A stretch of DNA of 43,178 bases, taken from NCBI GenBank assembly GCA_900767075.1, contig CAAFXX010000387.1, positions 1 to 43,178 on the forward strand, in the 5' to 3' direction. A program made the translations under genes and the position numbers. This document shows positions 18,459-27,267 of this stretch, one piece after another; within the stretch, counting starts at the first letter, position 1; every line of letters begins with the position of its first letter. Origin of the DNA: Bacteroidales bacterium. GTDB taxonomy: Bacteria > Bacteroidota > Bacteroidia > Bacteroidales > Muribaculaceae. A model generated the notes under the pieces. The model did not search any database and had not been told where the DNA came from. It saw only the letters and a list, made by a program, of their open reading frames with translations.

Positions 18459-20471
18459 ATGAAAAAATTATTACTTCTCATGAGCTCCATGCTCATGCTT
18501 GCAGGCTCGGCATCCGCCGGAGGCGGAACCGTGCTCACAGCCGGAGGCAAGACAATGGATTTTGAAAGCTTCAACGGCACAGTAAACCACACCTTTTCCG
18601 CGGCTCCTCTCAAGACACGTGCCGGAGAATCGATGACTTTCACATATGCCGGCGAACTATACAGCGCGGCTTCATTCAGCAATGTCAACTATCGGGCAAG
18701 AGTCTGGCTTGGCTTCGCAATAACGGTAGACGACCTTAAGCTTTTAAAAGGCAATAAAATCAGCGCGCTGCAATATACTTCCGGTGTGGTGTCTACTAAT
18801 CATAATTTAAGCGGTGTAAAGGAGATCACCATTCAGATCTTTAAAAAACTCGGCGAGGCTCCGGTTTATGAGCAGACTTCAGCTGTTGAGAACAAGGGAT
18901 ATAATACCCAGACCATCGAGCTCACCACTCCATATGAAATCACAGATACCGACGGTCCGCTCTACATCACATATAATTTCCTTGTGCCAAAACCCGGGCA
19001 GATTCAGTATTATTACATTCCCTATGACGGGAATACTTCAGTAGCGCCCACGGCATGTCTTGCAGCTATCCAGCAGGAATCAAACAAGACCGATTATCCA
19101 GCAAACAAGGAATGGCAGACACCGGCTTCTCAACTCGGAGCACTTGTCAGCGGAGTAGTCCTTACAGGTGACAATCTGCCCCAAAATTCTGCTTCGCCGG
19201 TATATCTTGATCTTCCTATATCAGGCATAGCAAATGGGAACAGCGTCATGGCGTTGGAGCTCCGAAACAAAGGAGCCAACAGCATATCGTCAGTAGAAGT
19301 CGAGCTCACCCGTCCCGGATATACTCCTGTAACAGCAACCGGCAGTTTCGACAAGCCTCTTGAAAACAATCAGACCGCGGCTGTCACTCTTTCAAAGGTG
19401 AATCTGGGAGGTGCCGGCATGTGCCCTGTAACGGCACGCATCACAAAAATCAACGGGGAGGCGAACTCCATGTCGGACGCTACAACATCCGACCAATTCT
19501 ACCTACTCAATGAAGGAACCGGTTATGTCCAGAACATTGTCGCTGAAGAAGGCACGGGCACATGGTGCGGATGGTGTCCCGCCGGTATTGTGTTGATGGA
19601 ATGGCTGAAAGAAAAATATCCGGATAATATAATGAGGATTGCAGTCCATGCAAGTCAAAGCCAATATAATGTTGATCCTATGGAAGTAAATTCATACATG
19701 CCATATATATATAAATTCATTGAAGGCTTCCCCGGGATGATGATCAATCGTCGATTTAATGTTGGAGTTACATCTCCTAATGTAAATGAGTATTGTGAAG
19801 CCGTTTACAATTACTACAATTCAGGCAAGGCTTATTCCGAACTGAGATTCAGAAAAGCAGAGATTTCTACCGACGGCAAAAAAATAAATATCGGGGCAGA
19901 GGCAGAATTCCTGTTCAACATCCCGGACGCTGCCTATCAGATGGCTTTCGCTATCGTTGAAGATGGTTATGGCCCATATGATCAAACTAACTATTTTGCC
20001 GGAGGTCAATATGGTTCCATGGGTGGTTGGGAATCCAAAAGCAGCCCTGTTTCGACTGTCTATGAAGACGTCGCACGTTATCTCAGCGGATTCCCGGGCA
20101 ATGAAAACAGCATTCCCTCCAATATCACAGCCTTAACTCCCTACACCTACGAACTCTCACTGCCCCTCACGGCTGTAAAGGGCGACAATTTCCGTATCAT
20201 CGGCATGATCGTCGACACAAAGACAGGTCAGATCGTGAATGCAACCCGCTTCACGACATCAAAGTCGGGTGTTGAAGACATCCTCACAGAGAATGCACAG
20301 GAAGTTTCCGTAGCTGGCGGCTATGGCTCGATCACAGTGACAGGGGCGGCTGACGCAGCTGTCTATACACTCGCAGGCGTAAAGGTTGCCGACGGCTCAG
20401 CCGAAGGTCTCGCAGCAGGTGTATATGTTGTACGCGCTGACGGCAAATCTTACAAGGTACTCGTGAAATAA
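18459..20471 (+). CDS. Omp28-related T9SS-secreted protein with a thioredoxin-like CxxC
   Basis: Signal peptide; EEGTGTWCGWCP, IAVH and GFP..INR Omp28 motifs; CTD (VYTLAG..LAAGVYVVR..KVLVK). Confidence 0.85.
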   Translation: MKKLLLLMSSMLMLAGSASAGGGTVLTAGGKTMDFESFNGTVNHTFSAAPLKTRAGESMTFTYAGELYSAASFSNVNYRARVWLGFAITVDDLKLLKGNKISALQYTSGVVSTNHNLSGVKEITIQIFKKLGEAPVYEQTSAVENKGYNTQTIELTTPYEITDTDGPLYITYNFLVPKPGQIQYYYIPYDGNTSVAPTACLAAIQQESNKTDYPANKEWQTPASQLGALVSGVVLTGDNLPQNSASPVYLDLPISGIANGNSVMALELRNKGANSISSVEVELTRPGYTPVTATGSFDKPLENNQTAAVTLSKVNLGGAGMCPVTARITKINGEANSMSDATTSDQFYLLNEGTGYVQNIVAEEGTGTWCGWCPAGIVLMEWLKEKYPDNIMRIAVHASQSQYNVDPMEVNSYMPYIYKFIEGFPGMMINRRFNVGVTSPNVNEYCEAVYNYYNSGKAYSELRFRKAEISTDGKKINIGAEAEFLFNIPDAAYQMAFAIVEDGYGPYDQTNYFAGGQYGSMGGWESKSSPVSTVYEDVARYLSGFPGNENSIPSNITALTPYTYELSLPLTAVKGDNFRIIGMIVDTKTGQIVNATRFTTSKSGVEDILTENAQEVSVAGGYGSITVTGAADAAVYTLAGVKVADGSAEGLAAGVYVVRADGKSYKVLVK

Positions 20472-20489
20472 ATCTACATAATCAATCTT

Positions 20490-20530
20490 TATAACAGAAA
20501 CGCGCCGGGCCACGGCGCGTTTCTGTTATA
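20490..20530 (+). terminator. Intrinsic terminator with an 18-bp perfect stem
   Basis: TATAACAGAAACGCGCCG-ggcca-CGGCGCGTTTCTGTTATA. Confidence 0.85.
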
Positions 20531-20614
20531 TTCCAAGTAGCCGTGTTTGTTATAAATTAAGGATGTGTGAATTTTTATTAACACCGTCAATTTTTAATCC
20601 CAGCACTTTTTCGT

Positions 20615-20622
20615 TAACTTTG
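20615..20622 (+). promoter_or_regulatory. -7 promoter element (TAACTTTG) for the MATE gene
   Basis: Exact TAnnTTTG about 26 nt upstream of ATG 20649. Confidence 0.65.
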
Positions 20623-20648
20623 CATCACGATTCCCAAAAAACGTGAAT

Positions 20649-22028
20649 ATGTCGCAAAATCCCGGCAACGACGCCAGACTCCTTGAGCTCGGCACCGCCA
20701 AAATTTGGAAAATATTACTCAAATACAGTCTGCCGGCTGTGGTCGGCACGGTCATATCGGCAGTCTACAATATCATTGACTCAATTGTAATCGGTCACGC
20801 CATCGACGACCCCTATGTAGTTGCGGGAATTGCGGTGACATTCCCCGTGATGAACCTTGCCACGGCTTTCGGCATGCTTATCGGTGCCGGTGCAGCCACG
20901 CGCGTTAGCATCGTGCTCGGACAGAACGACAGGCACATGGCTGAGCTTATCCTCGGCAACTCCGTGATACTCACCTGCGTGATCGGCCTGGCTTACGTTG
21001 CCGTTTTCGCCATTTTCCTCGACCCTATCCTCCGGATGTTCGGGGCATCCCCCAATTCACTGCCGTATGCCCGCGAATTCCTGCTCTGGGTGCTCCCCGG
21101 CATGGTGCTCATGAACCTTACGTTCAGCTATAACAATGTGATGAGGGCATCGGGATATCCGAGCAAGGCGATGTACACCAACATTATCGGAGCGATACTC
21201 AACTGTATCCTGGCTCCCCTTTTCCTTTTCGGATTCAAATGGGGAATACGCGGAGCTGCAATCGCAACCGACATATCGATGACCGTCACGGCAGTGTGGG
21301 TGATGAGCCATTTCTTCAACAAGAACAACACGCTTCACTTTACTCACGGCATCTACCGACTCAGCTGGAAAGTGATCAGCGGGGTGCTTTACATCGGTAT
21401 GGCTCCCTTCATCATAAATATAGCGGGCTCGGGAATAAACGCCATCCTCAACAACTCCCTGCTCCGTCTTGGAGGTGACAACGCCATCGCGGCAATCGTG
21501 GTGTTCAACCGTTTCACCACAATCTGCATCTTCACAATCATAGGCATATGCCAGGGCATGCAGCCGATTCTCGGATATAACTACGGCTCGCGCCGTTTCG
21601 GACGTCTGTTCAGCACATTACGCCTCGCGGCGATTGTCGCCACGGTCATAACAACACTTGGCAGTCTTGCCGGTCATTTCTTTCCCCGAGAGATAGCATC
21701 GATGTTTATGCAGGACGAGACCCAGATCGAATGTGCCATCAACTGTCTGCGTATCACCACGCTCGGATTCTGGATGGTGGGATTCCAGATTGTCGCCACC
21801 AATTTCTTCCAGGCACTCGGCATGGCGGGAAAAGCGATTTTCCTCTCGCTTACCCGTCAGATCATCTTTATGATTCCGTTGCTGTTCATTCTGCCACACA
21901 TCTGGCAGCTTGACGGCGTGTGGATGGCATTTCCGTTCAGCGACTTGGCAGCCACAATTGTAACCACGATCCTGCTCGTGATTGAAATCCGCAAGATTCA
22001 GGCACTCGCCGCGCAAGCTGCCAAATAG
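20649..22028 (+). CDS. MATE family efflux transporter
   Basis: About 12 hydrophobic segments; YNIIDSIVIG, GIRGAAIAT, GMQPILGYNYG and GVWMAFP motifs. The start may instead be GTG 20643. Confidence 0.93.
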   Translation: MSQNPGNDARLLELGTAKIWKILLKYSLPAVVGTVISAVYNIIDSIVIGHAIDDPYVVAGIAVTFPVMNLATAFGMLIGAGAATRVSIVLGQNDRHMAELILGNSVILTCVIGLAYVAVFAIFLDPILRMFGASPNSLPYAREFLLWVLPGMVLMNLTFSYNNVMRASGYPSKAMYTNIIGAILNCILAPLFLFGFKWGIRGAAIATDISMTVTAVWVMSHFFNKNNTLHFTHGIYRLSWKVISGVLYIGMAPFIINIAGSGINAILNNSLLRLGGDNAIAAIVVFNRFTTICIFTIIGICQGMQPILGYNYGSRRFGRLFSTLRLAAIVATVITTLGSLAGHFFPREIASMFMQDETQIECAINCLRITTLGFWMVGFQIVATNFFQALGMAGKAIFLSLTRQIIFMIPLLFILPHIWQLDGVWMAFPFSDLAATIVTTILLVIEIRKIQALAAQAAK

Positions 22029-22031
22029 GAA

Positions 22032-22163
22032 TCAGGACAAATCGGCTTCATCGTCAAGAAAATCGTTGAAGCCGTTATGCTCTTGCTGCTCGCGCAGATT
22101 CTCGATCCAATCGGAATCGGAATTCTCCTTCTCTTCTGTTTTACCAGTCTTGTGTGTCTTCAT
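22032..22163 (-). CDS. Putative 43-aa acidic small protein (not in the ORF track)
   Basis: ATG at 22163 to TGA at 22032: MKTHKTGKTEEKENSDSDWIENLREQQEHNGFNDFLDDEADLS. AT-rich upstream region; stop lies 3 nt from the MATE stop. Confidence 0.5.
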   Translation of the reverse strand: MKTHKTGKTEEKENSDSDWIENLREQQEHNGFNDFLDDEADLS

Positions 22164-22164
22164 A

Positions 22165-22234
22165 TCAGTATAAATGTCAGTATAAATGTAGGGACATCGC
22201 TTAGCGATGTTTCATTGATTCGCTTAGCGATGTC
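22165..22234. repeat. 12-bp tandem duplication plus GTAG-led palindrome with a partial second copy (REP-like)
   Basis: TCAGTATAAATG x2 (22165-22188); GTAG-GGACATCGC-tta-GCGATGTTT (22188-22212); TCGCTTAGCGATGT at both 22197 and 22220. Confidence 0.6.
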
Positions 22235-22242
22235 GGATTGAA

Positions 22243-22995
22243 TCAATCGTTCGGCTGTGACGGTCTGCCTTTCACCGACCTGTAATCGTCACGCGGGATA
22301 TCGTCGGATTCCGGTTCCAGAAGCTCACCTTCGGCAGGCAGGCGGAACGACAGGAGCTTAATCTTCTTGCCGCGAGAAAGCCACTGCTGTTCATAGAAAG
22401 TCTTTATCGAGGTGACGGGATCAGCCATTCCGGAACCGTAAAGGTCATCGGTATTCACCAGCACGGGCAGCGCGTTCTTTTCCACCAGACGACGGGTATA
22501 TTCATACAGGAAAGGTGAATCGGTCTTCAGGTTCACGATTCCGTCCGGACGCAGCAATCCGCGATACAACTCCAGAAAACGCGTTGACGTAAGGCGCTTA
22601 CGCGGTTTCTGCATCTGTGGGTCGGGGAACGTTATCCATAACTCGTCGACCTCCCCCGGCTCGAAAAACGAGCGGATATTCTCTATTTCTGTACGAAGGA
22701 ACGCCGCATTGGGTATCTGCTCCTCCTCGACCGTCTTGGCTCCACGCCAGATGCGTGCGCCCTTGATATCAACGCCTACATAGTTGCGCGATGGGTCGCT
22801 TTTGGCAAGCCCCACGGTATATTCACCTTTTCCACAGCCCAACTCCACCACTATCGGCATTTCAGCATTGAAAAATTCACTGTTCCATTTGCCTTTGTAA
22901 GGGAATCCTTTGCTGAGAAGTTCTTCACGCGGATATTCAAGGGCGCAGCGGAATTCCTTCATTTCGGCAAATTTCTTGAGTTTATTCTTACCCAT
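22243..22995 (-). CDS. trmB: tRNA (guanine-N7)-methyltransferase
   Basis: MGKNKLKKF start; ELGCGKGEY, GVDIKGAR, ITFPDP, KRLTS and LKTDS motifs. Confidence 0.96.
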   Translation of the reverse strand: MGKNKLKKFAEMKEFRCALEYPREELLSKGFPYKGKWNSEFFNAEMPIVVELGCGKGEYTVGLAKSDPSRNYVGVDIKGARIWRGAKTVEEEQIPNAAFLRTEIENIRSFFEPGEVDELWITFPDPQMQKPRKRLTSTRFLELYRGLLRPDGIVNLKTDSPFLYEYTRRLVEKNALPVLVNTDDLYGSGMADPVTSIKTFYEQQWLSRGKKIKLLSFRLPAEGELLEPESDDIPRDDYRSVKGRPSQPND

Positions 22996-23014
22996 AGACG
23001 ATTGACTAAAGCTG

Positions 23015-24340
23015 TTAGTGTTTATGTTTGTTTTTGAACCGGAACTTTCCCTGACGGCGGCGCTGCCAGGTGAAATTCTTTATCTTTGCGTTTCTGTGGA
23101 CGAATTTAAACCACGCGTTGCAGACCGGACGGATAAGGTTGAACAGCGGCACCGCAAACCATAGGCGTGTGGCGTTCAGACGCCGTGCCGCCGAACGGTA
23201 TGCGCCGATTTCGGCAAGCCAGAAAAGAAGCAGCACCACGCCTCCCGCAATCGCAGGAACAATGTTGGGTAGAGCCGTGACAACAGACCCCGCATAAGCC
23301 AGCACGGCAAGCCACTGCATTGCCGAAGAGGCTCCGGCTCGAAGGAAGGGACCGCGGGGAAGCCAGCGCGAGGTAAAGTCGTATTGTTCCTTGCGGATGC
23401 TCCATACCCGATTTGCCGATTCACCCCACACTGTGGAAAGCATCGAATGTGAATCTATCGCCAAAGCGAAATTGTCAGGCTCAACTATCTCGTTGACAAA
23501 TATGTCGTCATCGCCCGCCTGCAGATAGATTGTCTGCGAATAACCCTTGTGGGCGAAGAAGACCTGGCGGCGGAAGGCAAGGTTGTAGCCGTCGCCTCTG
23601 TATGGCGATCCTCCCAAAGCGTAGCCTATCCATTGCGTGTCGGTCATCAGCGAAACGAATTCACGGTACCAGCGCCCCGGGCCATGCAGCTCGCCACGCT
23701 TTATACGGGAGTATCCGAGTGAAATCACAATCGACGGGTCGGAAAGAGGGCTGCACAGCGTGGCGAGCCACAGAACGGAGGGTATCTCGATATTCGACAC
23801 TGTAGTCACCACCACATCCCCTTTCGCCGCCTTCATGCCCAAGGTCAGGGCAAGCTTGCGCCGGCTCAGGTTGTGCGAGCCGGGCGGAATGAACGTAACG
23901 TAAAGCTGCGGATAAAGCGCTTTATATTTTTCTTCGATATATTCCGCCTCTGATGAAGCCCCGTCGCAGACCACTATCACCTCGAAATCAGGATATTCCT
24001 GTGCATAAATCTGTTCAAGGCACCGGCCGAGCACCTCCTCGTCGGTTTTCGAGTAGACCACGACTGAAATTTTGGGGCGCCCGTCGTCAGGGACCGCTTC
24101 ATGCCCTTCAACGCTTGTCTGAGCCCCTTTCTCTTCCACTATCGTTTCCGTGACTCCGGACTCACCGGCGGATTCTTCGGTTTCTGTCCCCGTCACGGCG
24201 ATCCCTTCGGTCGGTTCCGGCAACGGCAGTTTCGAGCAACGGCGCAACGGCCGCATCAGCCATAAGATTGTCACGGCAAGGCTTACGGCCTCGATGCCAA
24301 GAAATATCCACGAGAGAGAAGCTACGGGAAACTGAAACAT
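23015..24340 (-). CDS. Membrane glycosyltransferase family 2-like protein with a degenerate DXD motif
   Basis: N-terminal TM helix; ISVVV, QEYPDFEVIVV, RKLALTLG, NLAFRR and GDDD motifs; C-terminal TM helices. Confidence 0.85.
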   Translation of the reverse strand: MFQFPVASLSWIFLGIEAVSLAVTILWLMRPLRRCSKLPLPEPTEGIAVTGTETEESAGESGVTETIVEEKGAQTSVEGHEAVPDDGRPKISVVVYSKTDEEVLGRCLEQIYAQEYPDFEVIVVCDGASSEAEYIEEKYKALYPQLYVTFIPPGSHNLSRRKLALTLGMKAAKGDVVVTTVSNIEIPSVLWLATLCSPLSDPSIVISLGYSRIKRGELHGPGRWYREFVSLMTDTQWIGYALGGSPYRGDGYNLAFRRQVFFAHKGYSQTIYLQAGDDDIFVNEIVEPDNFALAIDSHSMLSTVWGESANRVWSIRKEQYDFTSRWLPRGPFLRAGASSAMQWLAVLAYAGSVVTALPNIVPAIAGGVVLLLFWLAEIGAYRSAARRLNATRLWFAVPLFNLIRPVCNAWFKFVHRNAKIKNFTWQRRRQGKFRFKNKHKH

Positions 24341-24428
24341 TGCAATATGTTTTTATATGATTGGCTTGATTGATTTTATCCGGGAGTAATCGCTCCATAG
24401 GTTTACGCCCGGGGATTGTTTGATTCTG

Positions 24429-25310
24429 TCAGAACGTGGAGAAGAAGCGCGGCTTTATCACGATTCCCACACGGAGGCGCGAATGAAATTTGTTATAGTC
24501 GAGGAGGTTCTCTCCATATCCGTTATAATATTGAACAAATAAGAACTGATTTGTTTTCTCATGGATTTTCCAATTGAATTCGAAAATCGTATTGAAGTTA
24601 AGGTTCCAGCCCTTGCGCTTTACGAGAGTAAGCGCCCAGCCCAATTTTTTGTTAGGGGAGGTAACCGCCACGCCGGTCTGGAATATGCCGCAATAGTTCA
24701 GGATATCCTTATTGTTCATGCCGTCGATAATAGGAATCCAGTATTTTGCATGCACGGTAAGCATATCGTTGATCATCGCCGAGCCACAGAAAGATATTCT
24801 GTTCCAGCTGCGCGAGGCGTCGCCGTCGCGACCGTTGCTCTCATGCTCTATCAGCAGTGTTGCCTGTCCGAAATAACGTCCTTTGGTGAAAAACGGGAAT
24901 GTCCATCCCAGTCCCGGGTTAAAGTTCATGTCGCGCATAGGCAGCGATTCCTCGAATACATTCCAGAATGTTTTCTGGGTGTACATCAGGAAGATATACG
25001 AATGAAACGGAAGCGTGGTGCGCGTGAGACGCTGCGCGATGGAGATCTGGAACTTCACGTCGGAATTCTGTCGCGTAGGTTTATATCCGAGCGTCGTGCC
25101 TACCACGAAGTAATTGTCCTTATAAAGTCCGAAATAAGGGGCATTGTAGATATCCTTTTTCAATGAATCGGAAAATTCCTTCTGGTCCTCGACCCTAAGG
25201 ATCTGCGACTTTACAGGAACCGCGTACATCACGGCAATGACTATGACCGCAACGATAGACGCCACTGCACGTAAACCCGATTTATTTTCAAAATTGCGTT
25301 GTCTGCGCAT
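24429..25310 (-). CDS. pldA: Outer membrane phospholipase A1 (OMPLA)
   Basis: DVKFQIS, YTQKTFW, catalytic HESNG..SRSWNR and YYNGYGENLLDYN motifs. Start ATG 25310 preferred over TTG 25337. Confidence 0.92.
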   Translation of the reverse strand: MRRQRNFENKSGLRAVASIVAVIVIAVMYAVPVKSQILRVEDQKEFSDSLKKDIYNAPYFGLYKDNYFVVGTTLGYKPTRQNSDVKFQISIAQRLTRTTLPFHSYIFLMYTQKTFWNVFEESLPMRDMNFNPGLGWTFPFFTKGRYFGQATLLIEHESNGRDGDASRSWNRISFCGSAMINDMLTVHAKYWIPIIDGMNNKDILNYCGIFQTGVAVTSPNKKLGWALTLVKRKGWNLNFNTIFEFNWKIHEKTNQFLFVQYYNGYGENLLDYNKFHSRLRVGIVIKPRFFSTF

Positions 25311-25435
25311 ATAACTCAATTTAAGACTGTATTCCAACTAATGAACCACCGGCAGGAATTTACTTACATGGCATGGGGAACCGATTAAATTCCCGAATCT
25401 TAACCGGTTTCTTCGGATAACAGTTTTTCCAATCG

Positions 25436-25443
25436 CAAAATTA
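25436..25443 (-). promoter_or_regulatory. -7 promoter element (TAATTTTG) for pldA
   Basis: CAAAATTA on + strand. Confidence 0.6.
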
Positions 25444-25546
25444 ATAAATAAAGATTACATATTTTGGCTTTAGGAGCGATATTTAGGGAGTGCATTGCCA
25501 TAAAAAGTATTTTTTGGACACATCTATTGCCGATTCCACCTGTAAA

Positions 25547-25578
25547 CTTGTTGGATTGGCTGGATGTTATTAATTTTG
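25547..25578 (+). promoter_or_regulatory. Promoter for the GH3 gene
   Basis: CTTG-N20-TAATTTTG. Confidence 0.7.
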
Positions 25579-25622
25579 CAGACAGGGAATAGAACGACTG
25601 TTTGGGTTCAATTGCTTTGAAA

Positions 25623-27146
25623 ATGGATTTCACACCGATCGTCCGACCATATTTCACGCGTATTGCGCGACGCACCGACAGCTGGAGCCACCGGGAAGAG
25701 GAGATTCAGCGGAATGTGTTGCGTTCGCTCCTGTGCCGCGGCGCGGTTTCAGAACCGGGTCGCGCATACCGTTTCGCGGAAATGGCGAAGGCGAAAGATG
25801 TAAGCGAAGCCTTTTCGTCGGCGGTTCCGATGAAAAGCTATGAGGAGATCCGGTCAGACGTGCTCCGCATGGTCAACGGCGAGCGAGATGTGCTCTGGCG
25901 CGGGGTCTGCCGCAGTTTCGCCCAGTCGAGCGGGACATCGGGCGGTCGCTCCAAGTATATTCCCATCACCACCGACAGTCTTTACCGCTGTCACTACAAG
26001 GGTTCGGCGGATTGCGTTGCCCATTACCTGCGTCATAACCCTGAAAGCCGCCTTTTCTCCGGAAAGGCACTCGTGCTCGGAGGCAGCTTCGCATCCCAGC
26101 TGAAATCAAAAGACCCGCGTGTACACATCGGCGACCTCAGCGCCACGCTGATCGACCGCATGAATCCGCTTGCCAATCTTTTCCGTGTCCCATCCAAACG
26201 CATCGCTCTCATGCCCGATTGGAACGAGAAACTACCGGCTTTGGTGAAAGCAGCTGAGTATGAGAATATCACCAACATCTCAGGGGTACCCTCCTGGTTC
26301 CTGACCGTCATCAATGAGGTGATGAAAAGCCGCGGGGTTGACAAGATTTCCGACGTATGGCAGAATCTTGAGGTCTTTTTTCACGGCGGCATATCGTTCG
26401 GACCTTACCGCGAGGAATATACGCGCATAACCGACCCCAAGAAAATGCATTTTGTGGAAACATACAATGCCTCCGAGGGTTTCTTCGCTGTTCAGAACGA
26501 CCCCGACGACACTGCTATGCTCCTCATAGTCGACAACGACATATACTATGAGTTCATACCTATCGACGGCCCGGACACAGATCCGATTCCATTATGGGAG
26601 GTAGAGTCCGGTCGCGTCTACGAGATGATCATAACCTCGAGCAACGGTCTCTGGCGCTATCATCTCGGTGATACCGTGAGGGTTGAGAGCGTCAATCCGG
26701 TCAAGATCCGCATCGCCGGACGTACCAAAAGCTTTATCAACGCTTTCGGAGAGGAACTGATGGAAGAAAATGCCGAACGTGCCATCGGCGACGTCTGCAG
26801 CGCGCTCGACTGCTCCATCCGCAATTATACCGCCGCCCCGGTTTTTGCCCATAACGGTCACCGCGGGCTCCATCAATGGCTTGTGGAATGGGAAAAGGCT
26901 CCCGCCGACGTGCGTCAGTTCGCCGACATGCTCGACAAACGGCTCCGCGAGCTTAATTCCGATTATGACGCCAAGCGCAACGGCACCATCTTCCTCGACC
27001 CGCTGGAGGTCATCACTGTACCCGACGGCACCTTCGACCGCTGGCTCTCATCCGTTGGCAACCGCAAGCTCGGCGGACAGCGCAAAGTGCCACGACTCTC
27101 CAACGACCGCCGCATAGCCGACGCCGTCCTCTCCCTCCTGAAATAA
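25623..27146 (+). CDS. GH3 auxin-responsive family protein (adenylate-forming acyl-amido ligase)
   Basis: SSGTSGGRSKYIP, YNASEG, WRYHLGD, NSDYDAKR and GGQRKVPRL motifs. Start taken as ATG 25623. Confidence 0.92.
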   Translation: MDFTPIVRPYFTRIARRTDSWSHREEEIQRNVLRSLLCRGAVSEPGRAYRFAEMAKAKDVSEAFSSAVPMKSYEEIRSDVLRMVNGERDVLWRGVCRSFAQSSGTSGGRSKYIPITTDSLYRCHYKGSADCVAHYLRHNPESRLFSGKALVLGGSFASQLKSKDPRVHIGDLSATLIDRMNPLANLFRVPSKRIALMPDWNEKLPALVKAAEYENITNISGVPSWFLTVINEVMKSRGVDKISDVWQNLEVFFHGGISFGPYREEYTRITDPKKMHFVETYNASEGFFAVQNDPDDTAMLLIVDNDIYYEFIPIDGPDTDPIPLWEVESGRVYEMIITSSNGLWRYHLGDTVRVESVNPVKIRIAGRTKSFINAFGEELMEENAERAIGDVCSALDCSIRNYTAAPVFAHNGHRGLHQWLVEWEKAPADVRQFADMLDKRLRELNSDYDAKRNGTIFLDPLEVITVPDGTFDRWLSSVGNRKLGGQRKVPRLSNDRRIADAVLSLLK

Positions 27147-27169
27147 CATTTATTTTGACGCGAGCGCCT

Positions 27170-27201
27170 GTTGTAGTTTCCCGTTCTTTTTATTAATTTT
27201 G
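27170..27201 (+). promoter_or_regulatory. Promoter for AraC sensor 1
   Basis: GTTG-N20-TAATTTTG; overlaps the TTG start given in the ORF track, which favours ATG 27268. Confidence 0.6.
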
Positions 27202-27267
27202 AGCCCGCAAGGACTTTATGAACCAACCGGATACATCCCCCGCAAAATAAGATCAGGGGCGCCGCAT

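Noticed and set aside
19703..19713. (AT)5A tract as a phase-variation site
   Set aside because: Too short, in frame, and expected by chance within an AT-rich patch.
27218..27250. 10-codon upstream ORF (MNQPDTSPAK) before AraC sensor 1
   Set aside because: No attenuator structure or regulatory codon run; likely chance.
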